Below, piece after piece: positions 26,734-31,128 of a stretch of 31,128 nt of DNA (positions are counted from its first letter, which is position 1; every line of letters begins with the position of its first letter). The translations under genes were made by a program, and so were the position numbers. This DNA comes from Peduovirus P24E6b. Where the stretch lies: the sequence record NC_049389.1; one strand, given 5' to 3'. The notes below the pieces were generated by a model that ran no database searches, was not told the DNA's origin, and was given only the letters and a program-made list of their open reading frames with translations.

Positions 26734-29002
26734 AGCCTCCGGGCGTTTTGTCCCTCCGTCAGCATTTGCCGCAGGCACCGGTAAGACATTTACCGGTGCT
26801 TATGCATGGAACGCGCCACGCGAGGCCGTCGGGCGCGAAAGACCCCTTACACGTGACGAGATGCGTCAGGTGCAAGGTGTTTTATCCACGATTAACCGCC
26901 TGCCTTACTTTTTGCGTTCGCTGTTTACTTCACGCTATGACTACATCCGGCGCAATAAAAGCCCGGTGCACGGGTTTTATTTCCTCACATCCACTTTTCA
27001 GCGTCGTTTATGGCCGCGCATTGAGCGTGTGAATCAGCGCCATGAAATGAACACCGACGCGTCGATGCTGTTTCTGGCTGAGCGTGACCACTATGCGCGC
27101 CTGCCGGGAATGAATGACAAGGAGCTGAAAAAGTTTGCCGCCCGTATCTCATCGCAGCTTTTCATGATGTATGAGGAACTCAGCGATGCCTGGGTGGATG
27201 CGCATGGCGAGAAAGAATCGCTGTTTACGGATGAGGCGCAGGCTCACCTCTATGGTCATGTTGCTGGCGCTGCACGTGCTTTCAATATTTCCCCGCTTTA
27301 CTGGAAAAAATACCGTAAAGGACAGATGACCACGAGGCAGGCATATTCTGCCATTGCCCGTCTGTTTAACGATGAGTGGTGGACTCATCAGCTTAAAGGC
27401 CAGCGTATGCGCTGGCATGAAGCGTTACTGATAGCTGTCGGGGAGGTCAATAAAGACCGTTCTCCTTATGCCAGTAAACACGCCATTCGTGATGTGCGTG
27501 CGCGCCGCCAGGCAAATCTGGAATTTCTTAAATCGTGTGACCTTGAAAACAGGGAAACCGGCGAGCGCATCGACCTTATCAGTAAGGTGATGGGCAGTAT
27601 TTCTAATCCTGAAGTTCGCCGGATGGAGCTGATGAACACCATTGCCGGTATTGAGCGTTACGCCGCCGCAGAGGGTGATGTGGGGATGTTTATCACGCTG
27701 ACCGCGCCGTCAAAGTATCACCCGACACGTCAGGTCAGAAAAGGCGAAAGTAAAACCGTTCAGCTAAATCACGGCTGGAACGATGAGGCATTTAATCCAA
27801 AGGATGCGCAGCGTTATCTCTGCCGCATCTGGAGCCTGATGCGCACGGCATTCAAGGATAATGATTTACAGGTCTACGGTTTGCGTGTCGTCGAGCCACA
27901 CCACGACGGAACGCCGCACTGGCATATGATGCTTTTTTGTAATCCACGCCAGCGTAACCAGATTATCGAAATCATGCGTCGCTACGCGCTCAAAGAGGAT
28001 GGAGACGAAAGAGGAGCTGCGCGAAACCGTTTTCAGGCAAAGCACCTTAACCGGGGCGGTGCTGCGGGATATATCGCGAAATACATTTCAAAAAATATCG
28101 ACGGCTATGCACTGGATGGTCAGCTCGATAACGATACCGGTAAGCCGCTTAAAGATACTGCCGCGGCTGTTACCGCATGGGCGTCAACGTGGCGCATCCC
28201 GCAATTTAAAACGGTTGGCCTGCCGACAATGGGGGCTTACCGTGAACTACGCAAATTGCCTCGCGGCGTCAGCATTGCTGATGAGTTTGACGAGCGCGTC
28301 GAGGCTGCACGCGCCGCCGCAGACAGTGGTGATTTTGCGTTGTATATCAGCGCGCAGGGTGGGGCAAATGTCCCGCGCGATTGTCAGACTGTCAGGGTCG
28401 CCCGTAGCCCGTCGGATGACGTTAACGAGTATGAGGAAGAAGTCGAGAGAGTGGTCGGCATTTACGCGCCGCATCTCGGCGCGCGTCATATTCATATCAC
28501 CAGAACGACGGACTGGCGCATTGTGCCGAAAGTTCCGGTCGTTGAGCCCTTGACTTTAAAAAGCGGCATCGCCGCGCCTCGGAGTCCTGTCAATAACTGT
28601 GGAAAGCTCACCGGTGGTGATACTTCGTTACCGGCTCCCACGCCTTCTGAGCACGCCGCAGCAGTGCTTAATCTGGTTGATGACGGTGTTATCGAATGGA
28701 ATGACCCGGAGGTCGTGAGGGCGCTCAGAAGCGCATTAAAACACGGCCTGAGAAGACCAAACCGTCAGCAAAGAAACGGAAGCCCGTTAAAACCGCATGA
28801 AATAGCGCCATCGGCCAGACTGACCCGGTCGGAACGAATGCAAATTACCCGTATCCGCGTTGACCTTGCTCAGAACGGTATCAGGCCGCAGCGATGGGAG
28901 CTTGAGGCGCTGGCGCGAGGGGCTACCATAACATATGGCAGGAAGACGTTTATATATCCTACAATCGATGTGTGTTTGGGATATTCTGCTTTTACAAAAT
29001 GA
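26723..29002 (+). CDS. A: rolling-circle replication initiator (nickase), P2 gpA-like
   Basis: Start at ATG 26723 (MAVKASGRFVPPSAFAAGTGK..., the P2 A N-terminus as I recall), 759 aa; contains an HxH motif (PHWHMM) and a GYIAKYISK tyrosine motif consistent with HUH-type initiators. Confidence 0.85.
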   Translation: MAVKASGRFVPPSAFAAGTGKTFTGAYAWNAPREAVGRERPLTRDEMRQVQGVLSTINRLPYFLRSLFTSRYDYIRRNKSPVHGFYFLTSTFQRRLWPRIERVNQRHEMNTDASMLFLAERDHYARLPGMNDKELKKFAARISSQLFMMYEELSDAWVDAHGEKESLFTDEAQAHLYGHVAGAARAFNISPLYWKKYRKGQMTTRQAYSAIARLFNDEWWTHQLKGQRMRWHEALLIAVGEVNKDRSPYASKHAIRDVRARRQANLEFLKSCDLENRETGERIDLISKVMGSISNPEVRRMELMNTIAGIERYAAAEGDVGMFITLTAPSKYHPTRQVRKGESKTVQLNHGWNDEAFNPKDAQRYLCRIWSLMRTAFKDNDLQVYGLRVVEPHHDGTPHWHMMLFCNPRQRNQIIEIMRRYALKEDGDERGAARNRFQAKHLNRGGAAGYIAKYISKNIDGYALDGQLDNDTGKPLKDTAAAVTAWASTWRIPQFKTVGLPTMGAYRELRKLPRGVSIADEFDERVEAARAAADSGDFALYISAQGGANVPRDCQTVRVARSPSDDVNEYEEEVERVVGIYAPHLGARHIHITRTTDWRIVPKVPVVEPLTLKSGIAAPRSPVNNCGKLTGGDTSLPAPTPSEHAAAVLNLVDDGVIEWNDPEVVRALRSALKHGLRRPNRQQRNGSPLKPHEIAPSARLTRSERMQITRIRVDLAQNGIRPQRWELEALARGATITYGRKTFIYPTIDVCLGYSAFTK

Positions 29003-29117
29003 ATGGTGTCGGAACATAATATTTTCAGGTGTTCAAAGAGTTTGTTCTGATGTTCTTGCTATTTTTGTTTCTTTTGATGAAAATGGCGTCTTTAAAATTG
29101 GTTAAAAGGTGTGTTGT

Positions 29118-29606
29118 ATGGATGGTTTATGGGAAAAAATATCGTCTTATAATATATTTAACAATCTCTTTCCCGGTGCTTTGTTTATTTATTTGTTTGA
29201 GCGGGCAACCAATGTGATATTATCCACAGATGATGTTGTTAAGAATGTGGTACTTTACTATTTTACGGGGATAATTATCGGAAGGATTGGGTCTATTGTT
29301 TTTGAGCCTGTGTTGAAATTTTTGGGGCTGGTAAAATTTGTTCCATATGAGGAATATATCTCAGCATGTAGAAAGGATAATAAAATAGAGCTTCTTCAAG
29401 AAACTGCAAATATGTATAGGACGTTATTCTCTATGTCCTTGGTTTTTTTGTTTTCTTTGTTTTTTGTTTCGTTTGTAGTTGGTGGTGATTACATGGCGTC
29501 GAAATGGATTTCATTGTTTTTGATTTTTGTTTTTATTGTGTCGTACGTTAAGCAAATTAAGTTTATTACATTAAGAGTGAGTAAGGCTAATAATAAGCTG
29601 CCCTAA
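29118..29606 (+). CDS. hypothetical polytopic membrane protein in AT-rich cargo after gene A
   Basis: ATG at 29118 (ORF track begins at GTG 29109); 163 aa with about four hydrophobic helices (FPGALFIYLF, VVLYYFTGIIIGRIGSIVF, LFSMSLVFLFSLFFVSFVVGG, WISLFLIFVFIVSYV); local GC about 30%. Confidence 0.6.
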   Translation: MDGLWEKISSYNIFNNLFPGALFIYLFERATNVILSTDDVVKNVVLYYFTGIIIGRIGSIVFEPVLKFLGLVKFVPYEEYISACRKDNKIELLQETANMYRTLFSMSLVFLFSLFFVSFVVGGDYMASKWISLFLIFVFIVSYVKQIKFITLRVSKANNKLP

Positions 29607-29614
29607 GGCAGCTT
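29595..29614. terminator. hairpin between convergent cargo genes (probable bidirectional terminator)
   Basis: AAGCTGCC-ctaa-GGCAGCTT perfect 8-bp stem; the + gene stop codon lies in the loop and the minus-strand gene stop is at 29621-29623. Confidence 0.55.
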
Positions 29615-29620
29615 AACGAA

Positions 29621-30706
29621 TTATTCTTCAGTCTTATAACTCCTTGCGTATGAGCGTGGGGTGACTGCAGTCCAGCCATCTCTGGCGGGGGCATTACTAG
29701 AATGGCGTTTATTGGTGCCTTCTGTGGCGACTACTTTGGCTCCACGCCTTGTAAAAGCATTAATGACCGCTTGATGAGGGTGTTTATCGGAATCCGGTGC
29801 GCATGATATAAATGCACAAACACCACTTCTTCCTCCTTCGCTTACAATATTTCCAACGAGCTTATTTAGCACCGCTGGACCGATGTTTCTCCTGCTTCCA
29901 TGGTGGGGCACTTGAATAAATGATAATGAGTTATTATTTATATGATCAGCAGCCATATCTAATGCAGTTATTCCTGCATCACCTGTAAATACTAGTGTTT
30001 TATTGTCAATTTCAATTTTTAATATAACGCTTGAATTGTTTTGTGCAGTAGTTGTGTCCTTGTCATCAATTCCCTCATCAGAGAACCAATCAGCAATATA
30101 CTCGACTTGTTCTTTGGCTTTCTCAAAAAAGTAGTTATATGCATCTGTACCACTGGTTGCAGTTGTTTCTGCTTTTTCAGGCATTCTTGCAAAATCGGGG
30201 ATTAATGTTTCATAGTATGCTTGTGTTGGTCCAATAACAACCAGTTTAGAATTGTCCCAAGTCCTGCCTTGAAAAGGCTCCTTAATTTCTATTCCTTTTT
30301 TTTTCGCTGATTTGACGGCATCATAGGCTTTTTGTAGATTATCTTGTATACGTCTGGCAATACTTGCATCTGTTATCCTTCCATCAGCAAATTCCTGCGC
30401 GAGATTTTCATTATGCTCCCAAGGCTGGTGAATCCAGAACTCTTTGACTTCCGCATTCTCAATCACATGCTCAAGGCCGCCAGCATGGTCGCTATCTGGA
30501 TGCGTGGATATGAGTAAGTCAATAGTATTTGTATGATAGTATTTCTGTAAATGTTCAATTATTTGTGGACCAGTGCTTGCGTACCCCGCATCAATTACGA
30601 CAACTTTTTGCTCTGCTCTTGTTCCGTGGAGGTTGCCCCATCTTATGCAGATAGCATCTCCACTTTTTTTTTCTCCAACTGCTAAGAAATCAACTTCGTA
30701 ACCCAT
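29621..30706 (-). CDS. metallo-beta-lactamase-fold hydrolase, ComEC-like (predicted nuclease) in cargo at the P2 tin/old position
   Basis: 361 aa; motifs STHPDSDHAGG (HxDxDH-type MBL motif II, nt ~30485-30505) and VPHHGS near the C-terminus as in ComEC/Rec2-type MBL domains; AAGGG Shine-Dalgarno 8 nt upstream; AT-rich codon usage unlike the backbone. Confidence 0.65.
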   Translation of the reverse strand: MGYEVDFLAVGEKKSGDAICIRWGNLHGTRAEQKVVVIDAGYASTGPQIIEHLQKYYHTNTIDLLISTHPDSDHAGGLEHVIENAEVKEFWIHQPWEHNENLAQEFADGRITDASIARRIQDNLQKAYDAVKSAKKKGIEIKEPFQGRTWDNSKLVVIGPTQAYYETLIPDFARMPEKAETTATSGTDAYNYFFEKAKEQVEYIADWFSDEGIDDKDTTTAQNNSSVILKIEIDNKTLVFTGDAGITALDMAADHINNNSLSFIQVPHHGSRRNIGPAVLNKLVGNIVSEGGRSGVCAFISCAPDSDKHPHQAVINAFTRRGAKVVATEGTNKRHSSNAPARDGWTAVTPRSYARSYKTEE

Positions 30707-31128
30707 TCTTGTGCCCTTCTGTAGTTTTCAACTTTATGTAAGTGTTGTACGCCAAAGTAGTGCAGGACTTGATTAGGCAATCAAAGACCTTTAAAACAAT
30801 ATCAGGATGCATAAATATTCGTGTCTAGATCAATAGATTAGATCGAGTTTTTGATAATCAATTTGCGCCTGCTTCTTGATAACCGTTGTTAGTGTAAATT
30901 TTGCGCAATGTAATTGGCAAATCACTGCGATATGAGTTGCGTGCCAGCCAGCTTTAATATGCAGACTTTGCTATATCTTTCTACACGATTTTTATTTTCA
31001 GATGTGCAAGCATTAGGCGCATTGTTTTGCATGCGTTGGAGCTGCTAGTTTAGATCGTGCTCCGTCAGAATAGGCGCGACACCATGGTGGTCATGCACCT
31101 GCATTAAAACCGACCCATGAAGCGGGCG
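30707..31128. promoter_or_regulatory. AT-rich non-coding region: promoter region for the MBL-fold gene plus right-end packaging (cos-proximal) sequences
   Basis: About 420 bp with no ORF of 60 aa or more, upstream of the minus-strand gene start at 30706 and running to the end of the window. Confidence 0.4.

Noticed and set aside
29029-29217. 62-aa very hydrophobic ORF overlapping the start of the 163-aa membrane protein gene
   Set aside because: Out-of-frame overlap in a T-rich region where Phe/Leu-rich ORFs arise by chance; the 29118 start with upstream AAAGG is the more economical model. A small leader peptide cannot be excluded.
1-31128. CRISPR arrays, tRNA/rRNA genes, IS elements or transposases
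   Set aside because: No regularly spaced direct repeats, no tRNA-like cloverleaf candidates and no transposase-like ORFs seen; the only mobile-element-like gene is the phage tyrosine integrase.

Overview
The window reads as one complete P2-like (Peduovirus-type) temperate myovirus genome, laid out end to end from a cos-like sequence at position 1. Gene order and protein lengths follow the P2 map almost gene for gene: portal and large terminase on the minus strand, then capsid/small terminase, lysis cassette, baseplate and tail fiber, tail sheath/tube/tape measure with an E/E' frameshift, ogr, integrase, C/cox switch and the B/A replication block. All homology calls are from reading the translations and comparing with P2 as I recall it; no database search was run. 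Two AT-rich cargo islands interrupt the roughly 55-60% GC backbone at the positions of the two known P2 variable loci. One lies between G and FI (the Z/fun position) and carries a single 197-aa membrane-anchored protein. The other lies between A and the right end (the tin/old position) and carries two convergent genes: a 4-TM membrane protein and a 361-aa ComEC-like metallo-beta-lactamase-fold predicted hydrolase/nuclease. These are the best candidates for an undescribed anti-phage or superinfection-exclusion system. The tail fiber H also looks mosaic, with three tandem ~80-aa repeats in a lower-GC central segment.
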